Shown here piece by piece: positions 8,745 to 19,985 of a DNA stretch of 64,000 nucleotides. The DNA is taken from positions 54,645-118,644 of IMG/VR virus record IMGVR_UViG_3300032321_000388. One strand, written 5' to 3'. Position 1 is the stretch's first letter; each line of letters begins with the position of its first letter. The notes beneath the pieces were generated by a model. It was not told where the DNA came from, made no database searches, and saw nothing but the letters and a program-made list of their open reading frames with translations. Made by a program: the position numbers and the translations under genes. This DNA is from a virus (Duplodnaviria; Caudoviricetes).

Positions 8745-9911
8745 ATGGCTTTTAATTTAAATAGCAAATACGCTCAGCCAGGCAATCCATTAAATGCAGG
8801 TACAAATAAACCAGCAGGTAATAATGGTCCGTCAGTTAATTTAGGTGACTACTCTGGTAGTAAGACGTACAAATCTAGAGGTGGAGCAGGAACTTTTGAT
8901 GCTAACAAATATCAAATAGAAAATTTATCATATCCAACTGATCTAATGGGATCTTTAGGAGAATATGGTAATAACTATGTGATATTCTATATTAATGTGG
9001 CTGAAGATTCTAAACTAATCAAAGATAAACAGGTAGAAGTTGTTGAAGATTCTACTCCAAGAGATTATGGTGATTTGGCAGCTATCTCACAACAAGCTAA
9101 TTTAGGTACTGTTGGAGCAGTTGGAGCAGCCGCTCTTCCAGCAATTACAACATTAGCAGTTTCTGGCAATCTCAAATCAAAAGCTACAGCGGCAACATTA
9201 GGTACAGCAGTTGCTGGCGGTCTAGCTTTACAAAATCTAGGAGCAACTTTCTCAGGTCAGAAGAAAAGATTAAAAACTGCGATTGCTCTTCATACTCCTA
9301 ATACGTTAAGTACAAAATACACAATGAATTATGAGGAAGAAAATCTTGATGTATTTGGTGGTCTTATAGCAGGTACTAGCGCTCTTAAGAAAGCTGCTGA
9401 GAAAAAGGGTATGAGTAATATTATGAAGGATCTGGCTAATCAAGGAGCGGCTGCGGTTGCTGCCGCCGGATTAAATGTTCCAGGAACTGCTGGCCTTTCA
9501 AGACTTACTGGTTTAGCCGCTAACCCAAGAAAAGAACAGATATTTAAAGCAGTTGAGTTTAGAGTATTTCAGTTTGACTATCAATTCTATCCAAGGGATG
9601 CTCAAGAAGCTCAAAATGTTTTAGACATTATCTATCAATTTAAGTTACATATGCATCCAGAATTTAAAGATGCAAATAACTTCTTATACATCTATCCATC
9701 TGAGTTTGATATATTCTATTATAATGGAACTCAAGAGAATATGAATATCAATCGTCATACATCATGTGTACTAACAGATCTAAGTGTTGATTATTCTCCA
9801 AATGGCCAATTTACTTCTTTCTCTGATGGGATGCCAACACAAATCAATATCTCATTAGTGTTTAAAGAACTTGCAACTCTTACAAAAGAGAAGATTCAGG
9901 ACGGACTATAA
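8745..9911 (+). CDS. gp48: Baseplate tail-tube cap gp48
   Basis: LSYPTDL, NPRKEQIFKAVEFRVFQFDYQFYPRD..EA, YPSEFDI, SCVLTD..VDYSPNG, FKELATLTK. Confidence 0.9.
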   Translation: MAFNLNSKYAQPGNPLNAGTNKPAGNNGPSVNLGDYSGSKTYKSRGGAGTFDANKYQIENLSYPTDLMGSLGEYGNNYVIFYINVAEDSKLIKDKQVEVVEDSTPRDYGDLAAISQQANLGTVGAVGAAALPAITTLAVSGNLKSKATAATLGTAVAGGLALQNLGATFSGQKKRLKTAIALHTPNTLSTKYTMNYEEENLDVFGGLIAGTSALKKAAEKKGMSNIMKDLANQGAAAVAAAGLNVPGTAGLSRLTGLAANPRKEQIFKAVEFRVFQFDYQFYPRDAQEAQNVLDIIYQFKLHMHPEFKDANNFLYIYPSEFDIFYYNGTQENMNINRHTSCVLTDLSVDYSPNGQFTSFSDGMPTQINISLVFKELATLTKEKIQDGL

Positions 9912-9914
9912 TTT

Positions 9915-10403
9915 ATGTACTTCGACAACTTTCCTACGTTCTTATATCCTTTTAAGGTTAATAACAAGACTGAGTATAAACTAGTCAGAGATATATCACA
10001 AAATGTTCGTGTTAGAAAAGAAATTCTAGCCAATATTACATTATATGATGAGTATGATATTAGAGAAGGAGAAACTCCAGAAATTATTGCTGAAAAAGTA
10101 TATGGTTCTCCATCATATCATTGGGTAATTATGCTATGTAATGAACGTTATAACTATGTTGATGATTATCCATTAACTCAATATGAATTAGAAAAACATA
10201 TTACAGACAAATATGGATCTGGAAATGAATATAATACACATCATTATATTGATGCTAATAGTCATATTGTAGATTCTACTCAAGGTGTATCAATTTCTAA
10301 TTATGATTATGAAACTAGTTTGAATGAAAGTAAACGAAGAATTAAACTTATTTCTCCAACCCTTCTCAACACTATTCTTAAAAACTTTAAAGATATTATA
10401 TAA
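9915..10403 (+). CDS. gp53: Baseplate wedge gp53 (LysM-like)
   Basis: MYFDNFP, YDIREGETPEIIAEKVYG..YHWVIMLCN, NESKRRIKLI. Confidence 0.92.
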   Translation: MYFDNFPTFLYPFKVNNKTEYKLVRDISQNVRVRKEILANITLYDEYDIREGETPEIIAEKVYGSPSYHWVIMLCNERYNYVDDYPLTQYELEKHITDKYGSGNEYNTHHYIDANSHIVDSTQGVSISNYDYETSLNESKRRIKLISPTLLNTILKNFKDII

Positions 10404-11695
10404 TGGCTGATTCTGAAGTAATACGGTTTGCTGGCGACGTCAGCATCGATAAGATTGAGATCATCTCGGCTACCGGATACGGTATGGAGGTGTCTAACCA
10501 AGTTGCTGCTTTGGAGATATACGAAGATTTATTTTCTCCCTTTATTTCAGGTGTTTTAGCTTTAAAAGATTCTTTAGATCTTGCCAACTTATTTCCGTTT
10601 GTTGGAGAAGAGTATGTCAATATCAAGATCCATACTCCATCATTTACAGGTAAGGATAAGATTATAGATGACCAATTTGTTATCTATAAGATGTCTAATC
10701 GCGAGATGGCCGGTGATCGTAATCTTATCTATGAACTACATTTTATATCAAGAGAAGCTTTAGTTGATTTAAACAAAAAGGTTAGTATTTGTTATCAAGG
10801 TAAATGTTCAGACATTGCCAAGTCAATTATCACTGATAAACTTAATGGACTAGAATCAAATAAGAATGCTATTATTGAAGACACTCCAAATGGTGTTAAG
10901 TTTATTGCAAATTACTGGCCACCAGTTCAATCATTAAACTACGCAGCTGAGACTTCAGCAAATGCTACTGGAGCAGCTTCATATATATTCTTTGAGAATA
11001 GACATGGACTAAACTTCGTCTCATTAGATCTTTTATATAAATCATCAGTAACACAAAACTTTATCTATGACGCCTACATGAGAGACTTTACTACAGATGG
11101 TAGATCTTTTAGAAATGTTGAGGAAGAATATAAACGTGTAGTTGAAATTAGTATTCCTACAGTTTATGATTATATGGATAGAGCAAGATCTGGTATGTTT
11201 GCTTCTAAAATGAGCAATTATGACTTAACTACAAAAAAACATGTAGTTAAAAATTATGACATGTTAGATGACTTTGCAAATAATAAACATCTAAATGATT
11301 ATCCAGTAGCTTCAAAGAAAGCTATTCGTAGAGCAAATGCCATGACATTTACATACCCAAAGTATCATGGTAACTTTAATAACTTTGGTGATGTGACAAA
11401 TGCAAAGACTATTCAAAAGCGCATATCATTGATTGCCCAAGCTGAAGCAACAAAGGTAGAGATTGTAGTTCCAGGTAGAACTGATTATACTGTTGGCCAA
11501 AAGGTTAACTTAAAACTAAACAAATTTAATCCTATTGAAGGTACAGATACTACTAAAGAAACTACTGATAATATGTTATCAGGTAATTATCTAATATCTG
11601 CAATTAATCATTTTATTGATAGAGAAAAACATCAATGCCATATAGAATTAATAAAAGACTCATACATAGTTGATTTGGATAAAGGCGCTAAATAA
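10403..11695 (+). CDS. Baseplate hub protein (gp27-like)
   Basis: IYEDLFSPFISG.L...DS..L...P.VGEE, FFENRHG.NFVSL, VPG...TVG, LSGNYLISAINH. Located between gp53 and gp5. Confidence 0.7.
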   Translation: MADSEVIRFAGDVSIDKIEIISATGYGMEVSNQVAALEIYEDLFSPFISGVLALKDSLDLANLFPFVGEEYVNIKIHTPSFTGKDKIIDDQFVIYKMSNREMAGDRNLIYELHFISREALVDLNKKVSICYQGKCSDIAKSIITDKLNGLESNKNAIIEDTPNGVKFIANYWPPVQSLNYAAETSANATGAASYIFFENRHGLNFVSLDLLYKSSVTQNFIYDAYMRDFTTDGRSFRNVEEEYKRVVEISIPTVYDYMDRARSGMFASKMSNYDLTTKKHVVKNYDMLDDFANNKHLNDYPVASKKAIRRANAMTFTYPKYHGNFNNFGDVTNAKTIQKRISLIAQAEATKVEIVVPGRTDYTVGQKVNLKLNKFNPIEGTDTTKETTDNMLSGNYLISAINHFIDREKHQCHIELIKDSYIVDLDKGAK

Positions 11696-14115
11696 TGAAA
11701 TTATATACTGGATGTGTAGAGAATAGACAAGATCCACTTAAACTTGGTAGATGCCAAGTTCGGGTTGTTGGTCTACACAATAGTGATAAGACTAAATTAA
11801 AAACTGAGGATCTTCCATGGGCGTATCCTATGCAGCCGATTACTTCAGCTGCCATGTCAGGTATTGGCCATTCTCCACTAGGTCCAGTTGAAGGTACTTG
11901 GGTTGTTGTCATGTTCAGGGACGACGATCAGCAACAACCGATTATTCTAGGTTCATTAGGTGGTATTCCACAATCTCAAGGTTCAATTGATGAAGATAAT
12001 GATCAGCTTATCCTTAAACAAGATGGTTATTTACCTGGTTCAAATGAGCAAACTATAACAGATCAAAATGGTAGTACAGTTACAAGTACAGATTCTACTC
12101 CAGGATCTGAAGATGTAGGATTAAATCCAGCTGGTACATATACTATATCTGAAGACGGTATAGCATTAATTAAACAGTATGAAGGTTTAAAATTAAATGC
12201 CTACCAAGATTCTGTTGGAGTATGGACTATTGGATACGGAACAACATCAATTAATGGAGTTGCAGTATACCCCGGACAGACTATTACTGAAACTCAAGCT
12301 GAACAATATCTAAAAGATCATTTTACAACCAGTGTTTATCCAGCAATTAAATCAAAAACAAAAGCTCCAATTACTCAGTCTATGTTTGATGGTTTATGTT
12401 GTTTAACTTACAATATTGGCTCAGGGAATTATAGTAAGTCATCTTTATTAGGCGAATTAAATTCTACCAAATATTTAGATGCTGCAACAGCATTCTTAGA
12501 TTGGAATAAAGCTGGTGGACAAGTACTTGCTGGATTAACTAGAAGAAGATCTGCAGAAAAGAATCTATTCCTTAAGGATGGTATACCAAGTATTACTGGT
12601 GACTTATCTCCAGTTAACGAACCTAAAAAAGATCCTGTCGAATCAACAACTAATCCATCTGGTTTAAGTGAGAGCGGAATAGCTAGAGTTCTTGGATTCA
12701 AGGATCCAAAAGGTAAGTATCCTCTCTATAAAAATGAACCTGATACTAATAAACTTGCTCGTCATGAAGACATTAAGAAAACAGTAGTATATAAGAAAGA
12801 ACTTGCCAGAGAACGCGGTGTTTATACTGCTCAAAATATTTCATGGGATCAATCACCAATTCCGTATAATTCCAAGTATCCATTCAACCATGTATTCATG
12901 ACGGAATCTGGCCACGTGATGGAGTTTGATGATACAGAAAATTCAGAACGTATTCACATCTACCATAAAACTGGTACATATACAGAGATCGATGCAAATG
13001 GTACTAAAGTTAATAGAATAGTCGGTGATAACTACGAGATCTTAGAGCGAAATGGGTATGTCTACATCAAGGGAGCTTTAAATGTTACCATTGATGGAGA
13101 TCATAACGTTTTAGTTAAGAATGCAATGAACGTTGATGTTCAAGGTAATGTGAATATGAACGTGTCTGGTGATATGAATGTTGCTGTAACTGGTCAATAT
13201 AATCTTAGAGCTAAGGGTGTTAACATTGAGTCAACAGCAAATCCAATTAATGTCTTATCTCAAAACAGTTTAAATCTGCAGTCTGCCGCAGCAATGAACC
13301 AAAAAGCTGGAGCAACATGGAATGTAGATTCAGTTCGTGCTGACATCAATGATGGTACAGCTGGAAATGCTTCTGGTACTGGATTAACTACACCAGCAGA
13401 AATTACTCCTGAACAACCGGTGTTTACTGACTTGGTAGTGATTACCCGTGGAGCAGAGGCGGCAGCGCACTATGAAACTCCTGAAGAAGGCGATCCATCA
13501 GAATATATCCAAAAACAGATTAATGATGGTACATTAAATCCTGATGATCAGAATTATGGTTCATCTCAAGGATCTACATCAGTATCTCCAAATACAGTAA
13601 CTCCGTTACCAGCAAGTTGTAATGTTATTCAAGGTATGGACAAATTTACCGCTGATATGCAGTTGTCAACTCACTTTACATTAGGTTCATTAACATCTAA
13701 TGGAACAAGATTACCAGTTAACCAACAAGGATTAACTGCTCAGCAAATTGTATGTAATCTTAAAGGATTGGCAGAAAACTGCCTTGAACCAATTATTGAT
13801 TTATATCCATCAGCAATTATTACCTCTGGATTTAGAAGACCTGGAGATGTGGCTAAGTCATCAGCAACTTCACAACATTACTTAGGTCAAGCAGCGGATA
13901 TTGTTATTCCTGGATTTAATAGACAAAAACATTATGAGGCTATTCAAGCTATTCAGCAACTTATTCCATACGATCAACTCATATTGGAATACTCTGGAGC
14001 TAATACTGTTTGGATTCATGTATCCTTCAAGTATACAGCAAATAGACAAATGGCAATGACAATGAGAGACCATCTTAAATATGGCGGCGATGGGCAGTTT
14101 ACACTGATTGCATAA
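11695..14115 (+). CDS. gp5: Baseplate central spike gp5: OB-fold, GH24 lysozyme, beta-helix and C-terminal M15 peptidase
   Basis: GCVENRQDPLKLGRCQVRV (OB fold); IKQYEGLKLNAYQDSVGVWTIGYG...GLTRRR (lysozyme); YPFNHV..TESGHV.EFDDT; ITSGFR...SQH..GQAADI...WIHVS (M15). Confidence 0.93.
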   Translation: MKLYTGCVENRQDPLKLGRCQVRVVGLHNSDKTKLKTEDLPWAYPMQPITSAAMSGIGHSPLGPVEGTWVVVMFRDDDQQQPIILGSLGGIPQSQGSIDEDNDQLILKQDGYLPGSNEQTITDQNGSTVTSTDSTPGSEDVGLNPAGTYTISEDGIALIKQYEGLKLNAYQDSVGVWTIGYGTTSINGVAVYPGQTITETQAEQYLKDHFTTSVYPAIKSKTKAPITQSMFDGLCCLTYNIGSGNYSKSSLLGELNSTKYLDAATAFLDWNKAGGQVLAGLTRRRSAEKNLFLKDGIPSITGDLSPVNEPKKDPVESTTNPSGLSESGIARVLGFKDPKGKYPLYKNEPDTNKLARHEDIKKTVVYKKELARERGVYTAQNISWDQSPIPYNSKYPFNHVFMTESGHVMEFDDTENSERIHIYHKTGTYTEIDANGTKVNRIVGDNYEILERNGYVYIKGALNVTIDGDHNVLVKNAMNVDVQGNVNMNVSGDMNVAVTGQYNLRAKGVNIESTANPINVLSQNSLNLQSAAAMNQKAGATWNVDSVRADINDGTAGNASGTGLTTPAEITPEQPVFTDLVVITRGAEAAAHYETPEEGDPSEYIQKQINDGTLNPDDQNYGSSQGSTSVSPNTVTPLPASCNVIQGMDKFTADMQLSTHFTLGSLTSNGTRLPVNQQGLTAQQIVCNLKGLAENCLEPIIDLYPSAIITSGFRRPGDVAKSSATSQHYLGQAADIVIPGFNRQKHYEAIQAIQQLIPYDQLILEYSGANTVWIHVSFKYTANRQMAMTMRDHLKYGGDGQFTLIA

Positions 14116-14678
14116 TGGCATTTAGTCCTTCATCAACGCAATTAAATACATTAAATGAACTTAAGAATTTAAGCCATTTAATATCATACACTGATACTAC
14201 TGGAAGCCTTGGAGCTACTGGATATTATGTAACATATCCAGTCACAATAACAACATCACAACCAAATGTTACAGTTATGGTTACTGGTAATACTATATCT
14301 GGTTATTATTCTGATTGTTTTGATAATGAAATCCATTATAGAACAGTTGATAATAACTTTGTTATGGTAACAAAATGGTCAGATATACTTATGGCTATAG
14401 CCGATGGAGTTTTATCTGAAGTTTATTACTATAAAGCTGATACTACAACACGAATAGTTTACAGTTATCTGGCAACTGCTGGAAATGGCGCAACGCAGAC
14501 TTATACTATTAATGTTGATAATGATTGGACATCTGGAAGAAATCAAGTTATAAAATTCACTAACTTGACTAAATATCAGCAAGAGATCCTGATGCTGTGG
14601 ATAAATAATAATAGCGATAAAGTTGCATGGGCTAATAACATATTAGACATAATAGACTGGGAAAACGACGTACTATGA
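14115..14678 (+). CDS. Hypothetical virion protein downstream of gp5
   Basis: 187-aa ORF translationally coupled to gp5. Confidence 0.6.
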   Translation: MAFSPSSTQLNTLNELKNLSHLISYTDTTGSLGATGYYVTYPVTITTSQPNVTVMVTGNTISGYYSDCFDNEIHYRTVDNNFVMVTKWSDILMAIADGVLSEVYYYKADTTTRIVYSYLATAGNGATQTYTINVDNDWTSGRNQVIKFTNLTKYQQEILMLWINNNSDKVAWANNILDIIDWENDVL

Positions 14679-14869
14679 CATTAATTATACCAAATACATT
14701 TGCCAATAGAACTGGCTCAGCTCCTCTACTAGATTTAGATGAGAATTTTACCTATTTAGTTAATAATATAAATGGAAATGCTGGTGCTTCTTCAATATTA
14801 GATGGAGGAAGTCCTACTACAACATATACCGCAGGCAGTCCAAATATTGACTGTGGTGGAGTAAGTTAA
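14675..14869 (+). CDS. Small fibre-associated protein
   Basis: PL..LDENF.YL docking motif and a C-terminal LDGG...IDCGG, coupled to the next fibre gene. Confidence 0.6.
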   Translation: MTLIIPNTFANRTGSAPLLDLDENFTYLVNNINGNAGASSILDGGSPTTTYTAGSPNIDCGGVS

Positions 14870-16728
14870 TGGCATTTATACAATTCCAATTCAGACGAGG
14901 AACAACTGCAGAATGGGGAGCTACTGGAGCTAATCCAATACTCGCCAATGGAGAAATGGGTATTGAAACAGATACTCATAAATTCAAAGTTGGTGATGGT
15001 ACTACTGCATGGAATAGTTTACCTTATGGTGGTATTCAAGGTTATCAAGGAGCTACTGGTTCTACTGGCCCACAAGGTTCTACAGGTGCTCAAGGTCCAA
15101 CTGGTGGAGCTTCTGGACCTCAAGGTTCTACTGGTTCGCAAGGTGCTTCTGGTTCTACTGGTTTAACTGGTGCCACTGGTGCCACTGGTGCTTCAGGTGC
15201 TCAAGGTGCTTCAGGTGCTACTGGCACTCAAGGTGCTTCAGGCGTAGGAGCTACTGGTTCTCAAGGTATAACTGGTGCTTCAGGTTCAACTGGTTTAACA
15301 GGTGCTACAGGAATTCAAGGTGCTTCAGGTTCAACTGGTTTAACAGGTGCTACAGGAATTCAAGGTGCTACAGGAATTCAAGGTGCTTCTGGTATTCAAG
15401 GGGCTTCTGGTATAGGTGCTACTGGTATTCAAGGTGCTTCAGGTTCAACTGGTTTAACAGGTGCTACAGGTATACAAGGGGCTTCAGGCGTAGGAGCTAC
15501 TGGTTCTCAAGGTATAACTGGTGCTTCAGGTTCAACTGGATTAACTGGTGCTACAGGCATACAAGGTGTATTAACTCCTTGGAATATAATTACTGGAAGT
15601 ACATCTGTTTCTTCTGGTCAACAAATCATTGCTAATACTAGTAGTGGATCATATACTTTAACATTACCAGGTTCTCCATCATTAGGCAATTCAGTTGTAA
15701 TTCAAGATGGAGCAAATTGGCAAACTAATAATTTAATTATTGCTCCAAATGGAAATTTAATAGAGAATCAGTCAGGTAATTTAATACTTGATGTTGCTGG
15801 AATATTAGTTTATCTAATTTATGATGGATCGCAATGGCAAGTTTCATCAACTGTAGGAGCAATTGGAGCAACTGGTCCTCAAGGTCCTACAGGTGGAGCG
15901 TCTGGACCTACTGGAGCAACAGGTCTTACAGGAGCTTCTGGATATGTAGGTCAAGATGGAGCTACTGGTCCTCAAGGTCCTACAGGTGGAGCCTCAGGTC
16001 CTCAAGGAGCTAGTGGAGCAACAGGTATCAATGGAGCATCAGGTCCACGTGGATTTACTGGTGCAACTGGAGAAACTGGTGCATCAGGAGTAGGAGCTAC
16101 AGGTATAACTGGAGCAAGTGGAATAACTGGCGCATCAGGTATAACTGGAGCATCAGGTTCTACAGGTATTAATGGAGCCTCAGGAATTAATGGCGCAACT
16201 GGTATTACAGGAGCATCAGGTATTAATGGAGCCTCAGGAATTAATGGAGCGACTGGCGCAACTGGTATTACAGGAGCATCAGGAGCAACCGGACCTGGAG
16301 CAAATCAAACATTAAATACAACATCAAGTGTACAACATGCTTCATTAGGTATTGGAACAACTCCAGGAGCTACAGGAGAAATTAGAGCTACTGCTGATAT
16401 CACTGCGTATTACTCATCAGACGAAAAACTAAAAGAGAACATTCAACAAATAGAAAATGCTCTTGGTTTAATTGAACAAATCAATGGGGTTAGATTTGAT
16501 TGGACTGAAGATTATATTAAATCACATGGTGGAGAAGACGGATATTTTGTCCGTAAACAAGATATAGGTGTTATTGCTCAAGAGATAGAAAAAGTTCTAC
16601 CAGAAATTGTAGCACAAAGACAAGATGGTAACAAAGCGGTTAAGTATGAAAAAATTGTGGCAGTATTAATTCAAGCAGTTAAAGAATTATCCGTTAAAGT
16701 TAAAGAATTGGAAAGCAAATGGCAATAA
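14869..16728 (+). CDS. Collagen-like tail fibre with Mtd-N-like N-terminus and S74 intramolecular chaperone
   Basis: [10 protein letters not shown]...[32 protein letters not shown] repeats, and [10 protein letters not shown]...[13 protein letters not shown]. Confidence 0.85.
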   Translation: MAFIQFQFRRGTTAEWGATGANPILANGEMGIETDTHKFKVGDGTTAWNSLPYGGIQGYQGATGSTGPQGSTGAQGPTGGASGPQGSTGSQGASGSTGLTGATGATGASGAQGASGATGTQGASGVGATGSQGITGASGSTGLTGATGIQGASGSTGLTGATGIQGATGIQGASGIQGASGIGATGIQGASGSTGLTGATGIQGASGVGATGSQGITGASGSTGLTGATGIQGVLTPWNIITGSTSVSSGQQIIANTSSGSYTLTLPGSPSLGNSVVIQDGANWQTNNLIIAPNGNLIENQSGNLILDVAGILVYLIYDGSQWQVSSTVGAIGATGPQGPTGGASGPTGATGLTGASGYVGQDGATGPQGPTGGASGPQGASGATGINGASGPRGFTGATGETGASGVGATGITGASGITGASGITGASGSTGINGASGINGATGITGASGINGASGINGATGATGITGASGATGPGANQTLNTTSSVQHASLGIGTTPGATGEIRATADITAYYSSDEKLKENIQQIENALGLIEQINGVRFDWTEDYIKSHGGEDGYFVRKQDIGVIAQEIEKVLPEIVAQRQDGNKAVKYEKIVAVLIQAVKELSVKVKELESKWQ

Positions 16729-17918
16729 ATTTAAGTACATTATCTAGTGGAGCATTAGCTGGACCAATAGGAGCCACAGGAGTTCAAGGTCCACAAGGTA
16801 ATTTTGGTGGAGCTGCATTTGAATACTATTATGATAGTTCAAGTACTGCTGATTCAGATCCTGGATTAGGTAAGATTAAGTTTAACAACACTTCATTAAA
16901 TTCAGTAGCTTATCTATACATTAATGAAACTGATACTAATAGTTTAATTGCAACAAGTTTCTTAGAAACAATCGATGATTCAACATCAAATATTAAAGGT
17001 CATTTTTCTGTTGCTGAAAAATCTAATCCATTAGTTTATACATTATTTGCTATCATAGGTTCTCATACAAAGTCTGGAAGTTATTATAAAGTTCCAGTAG
17101 GATATCTGTCAGGTGATACAACATTAACAGATGAACTAGATGTTATTCTAACATTCCAAAGATCTGGTGATAAAGGAGATACTGGCGATTCAGGAGCTAC
17201 TGGTAATGCAGGAGCTACTGGTCCTCAAGGAGCTACTGGTAGTTTAACTCCATGGTCAATAATTACTGGAGCAACTGGAATAATCAACGGTAAGCAACTT
17301 ATTGTGGATACAACTTCTGGTCCGTTTTCAATATCATTACCAGCTTCTCCGTCATTAGGTGATACAATACTTCTACAAGATGGTAATAATTGGTATTTAA
17401 ATAATTTAACTGTATTACCAAATGGTTCTACAATTGAAGGTCAATCAGACTATTTAATATTAGACGTTACTAATACATTAGTCTACTTAATATATGACGG
17501 TAGTACTTGGCAAGTTATATCAACAGTTGGTCCAATGGGTGCAAGCGGTATACGAGGAGCAAGCGGAGCTACAGGAACTCAAGGAGCATCTGGTGTAGGT
17601 GAAACTGGAGCATCAGGTATTCAAGGTATACAAGGAGCAACTGGAGTTCAAGGAGCAACTGGAGTTCAAGGAGCAACTGGAGTTCAAGGAGCAAGTGGAA
17701 CTACTGGCGTTCAAGGTGTTCAGGGAGCTTCAGGCTCAACAGGATTAACTGGTGCTACTGGAGTTGGTATCATAAATGCATATTGGTCTGTAGTTGGAGC
17801 ATCAGGAGCGACAGGAGCTTTATACTTTGTATTTAATGGAACCAATATAGCTAAGTTAGATTCTGCAGGAAACTTTAGTGTTGTTGGTGACGTCATAGCT
17901 TACGAGACTATTACTTAA
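16719..17918 (+). CDS. Collagen-like fibre protein
   Basis: G-X-Y tracts. Shares globular modules with the ORFs at 14869, 49591 and 58745. Ends GDVIAY. Confidence 0.75.
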   Translation: MAINLSTLSSGALAGPIGATGVQGPQGNFGGAAFEYYYDSSSTADSDPGLGKIKFNNTSLNSVAYLYINETDTNSLIATSFLETIDDSTSNIKGHFSVAEKSNPLVYTLFAIIGSHTKSGSYYKVPVGYLSGDTTLTDELDVILTFQRSGDKGDTGDSGATGNAGATGPQGATGSLTPWSIITGATGIINGKQLIVDTTSGPFSISLPASPSLGDTILLQDGNNWYLNNLTVLPNGSTIEGQSDYLILDVTNTLVYLIYDGSTWQVISTVGPMGASGIRGASGATGTQGASGVGETGASGIQGIQGATGVQGATGVQGATGVQGASGTTGVQGVQGASGSTGLTGATGVGIINAYWSVVGASGATGALYFVFNGTNIAKLDSAGNFSVVGDVIAYETIT

Positions 17919-17920
17919 TC

Positions 17921-18976
17921 ATGGCTTTACCTTCTAGCGGAAGAATTAAACTAAGTGATGTTAATACCGAATTAGGATTATCATCTACTACACGCGTATC
18001 TTTAGGTCAAGCTACTGTTCGAACTTTAACTGGTGTTGTATCTGGTAAAATTGCTTTAGCTGCAAATGGATATGGCAAGGCAAATAGAGTATCATTAAGC
18101 AGTACATTTTCTAGTAATACAGCTAATGCTACAGTATCTGTTTCTACATTAATTGGCTATATAGCTGGAAAAACTGATTTAACAATTACAGTTAATAGTG
18201 GAGTATATGTTTATTCTACAGATACAACAGCTCCTGGATTAATTATATCTAATGCTGCAGCAGGCGATACTGTAACATTAGTTAATAATGGCTATATCAT
18301 GGGTAAAGGCGGTAATGGAGCAGGCGTAGGTGGTCAAGCTTATGGTACAACTGGTGAAGTTGGAAAACCTGGTGGTTCTGCTATATACTTGGGATGCAAT
18401 ATTTCTCTTACTAATAATAGTTATATTGGTGGTGGTGGCGGTGGAGGAGCATCAGTTGGTAGATCACGCAGCGGTGGAGCTGGAGGAGCGGGTGGAGGAG
18501 ATGCCGGTGATGCTAGCTTATCATATCCTACTTACTTAGGTGGTCGTGGCGGGGCTCCTGGTGCCGCTGGAACAAATGGTTCTAATACCGGTGTACCTAC
18601 CCATGGAGGCGGTGGAAGAATAATGCCAGGTGTCGGTGGTGGACAAAATTCTAGTGGTGGTCTTGGAGGCGGAGCAGGAGGTGGGGCTGGACCAAGAGCA
18701 TATAATACTTCAGCATCACCTTCTTTACAATTTGCTGGATACTCTTCAGGAGGAAGTGGCGGTGATGCTGCAGGATTAGCATACCTTATAAATTATGAAC
18801 ATTCTTGCGGTGGTGGAGGAGGTTGGGGAGCAAAAGGTGGAGACGCCCAATCTGGAGGAACAGGATCATATCGAAACTTACTAATGTCAGGCGGAGCTGG
18901 CGGTAAAGGCATAGAGCTTAATGGTTATTCAGTCACATATGTAACAACAGGTACAATTTATGGAGCGGTTAGTTAG
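17921..18976 (+). CDS. Glycine-rich fibre-tip adhesin (T-even gp38-like)
   Basis: N-terminal SG.I.LSDVNTELG docking motif; LVNNGYIMGKGG and TNNSYIGGGGGGG polyglycine motifs; C-terminal GTIYGAVS. Confidence 0.7.
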   Translation: MALPSSGRIKLSDVNTELGLSSTTRVSLGQATVRTLTGVVSGKIALAANGYGKANRVSLSSTFSSNTANATVSVSTLIGYIAGKTDLTITVNSGVYVYSTDTTAPGLIISNAAAGDTVTLVNNGYIMGKGGNGAGVGGQAYGTTGEVGKPGGSAIYLGCNISLTNNSYIGGGGGGGASVGRSRSGGAGGAGGGDAGDASLSYPTYLGGRGGAPGAAGTNGSNTGVPTHGGGGRIMPGVGGGQNSSGGLGGGAGGGAGPRAYNTSASPSLQFAGYSSGGSGGDAAGLAYLINYEHSCGGGGGWGAKGGDAQSGGTGSYRNLLMSGGAGGKGIELNGYSVTYVTTGTIYGAVS

Positions 18977-18985
18977 GAGATAATT

Positions 18986-19192
18986 ATGGCAAGAAAATGG
19001 GCAATACACAACCAAATTACAGGATTACAAGAAGAGCTAGATTCATTTGAAGCAATCAAAGCTCGTAGGTTAGAAGTTATAGAAGAATCTGGCCTATTTA
19101 ATATAACAGTTTTAGTACAAAACGAAGATGAGACATGGACACAAACATTGGCTGATGCTAATGGAGATCCAGTTCCTTCTCCAATAGAATAG
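18986..19192 (+). CDS. Hypothetical protein
   Basis: 68 aa, AGGAG RBS. Confidence 0.65.
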   Translation: MARKWAIHNQITGLQEELDSFEAIKARRLEVIEESGLFNITVLVQNEDETWTQTLADANGDPVPSPIE

Positions 19193-19682
19193 GATAAAAA
19201 TGCCGATTAATCTAAGTACATTATCAGGTAGTTCATTAGCTGGACAAATAGGAGCAACTGGTCCTCAAGGTCTGACTGGTGCTACAGGTGCTCAAGGAGC
19301 TAGTGGATCCACAGGTTTACAAGGCGCTTCAGGTGCATATACTGCAGTAAGAGTCAACTCTCAAACAAGTATTGCAACTTTAACTCCCAATGCTGGAACT
19401 TATGACTTCTATGACATCACTGCTCAAGCTGCATCTTTAGCTATAGCTAATGAATCTGGAACACCAACAAACGGCCAAAGATTGTTTATAAGAATAAAAG
19501 ATAATGGTACGGCACAAGCTATATCATTCTCAGGTGCTACTGGAGCTACTGGAACTTTTATGCCTATAAGTTTAACATTACCAACAACAACTACTGTTAA
19601 CAAATACCAATATATTGGTGCTATATGGAATAATAGTAGGTTTTCATGGGATGTAGTAGCTGCAAGTTCAGAATAGGATAAA
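19186..19682 (+). repeat. 13-bp direct repeat AGAATAGGATAAA (19186-19198 and 19670-19682) flanking ORF 19200
   Basis: Identical stop+RBS sequence on both sides of the gene. Confidence 0.65.
19200..19676 (+). CDS. Short collagen-like fibre protein
   Basis: N-terminus is paralogous to ORF 16719 (INLSTLS..LAG.IGATG). C-terminal GTPTNGQRL.IRIKDNGT...WDVVA domain is shared with ORF 58745. Confidence 0.75.
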   Translation: MPINLSTLSGSSLAGQIGATGPQGLTGATGAQGASGSTGLQGASGAYTAVRVNSQTSIATLTPNAGTYDFYDITAQAASLAIANESGTPTNGQRLFIRIKDNGTAQAISFSGATGATGTFMPISLTLPTTTTVNKYQYIGAIWNNSRFSWDVVAASSE

Positions 19683-19684
19683 CT

Positions 19685-19969
19685 ATGCCAGCAGCAACTA
19701 GATTAGGAGATGTTTGTACAGGACACGGATGTTTTCCTCCAAGAGTCAATGATGAGGCATCTGATAATGTATTCATCAATGGTATTGGTGCTCACAGATT
19801 AGGTGATCATTGGATTACTCATTGTTGTACTATTATTTGTCATGATGGAGTAGCGTCAGAAGGTTCATCAACAGTGTTTATTAATGGTAAAGCCGCTGTT
19901 AGAATTGGTGATATGATCTCATGCGGATCAGCCTCAGCTCAAGGCTCTCCAAGTGTATTTTTCGGATAG
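19685..19969 (+). CDS. gp5.4: PAAR spike-tip protein gp5.4
   Basis: MPAATRLGD.CTGHGCFPPR, GSSTVFINGKAAVRIGD.ISCGS. Confidence 0.95.
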   Translation: MPAATRLGDVCTGHGCFPPRVNDEASDNVFINGIGAHRLGDHWITHCCTIICHDGVASEGSSTVFINGKAAVRIGDMISCGSASAQGSPSVFFG

Positions 19970-19973
19970 GACC

Positions 19974-19981
19974 TATAAATA
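19974..19981 (+). promoter_or_regulatory. Late promoter
   Basis: TATAAATA between gp5.4 and gp25. Confidence 0.7.
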
Positions 19982-19985
19982 ACTT

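Noticed and set aside
14869-15030. Mtd-like N-terminal domain suggesting a diversity-generating retroelement
   Set aside because: No reverse transcriptase and no TR/VR pair differing at adenines was seen. This N-terminal module is common on ordinary fibres.
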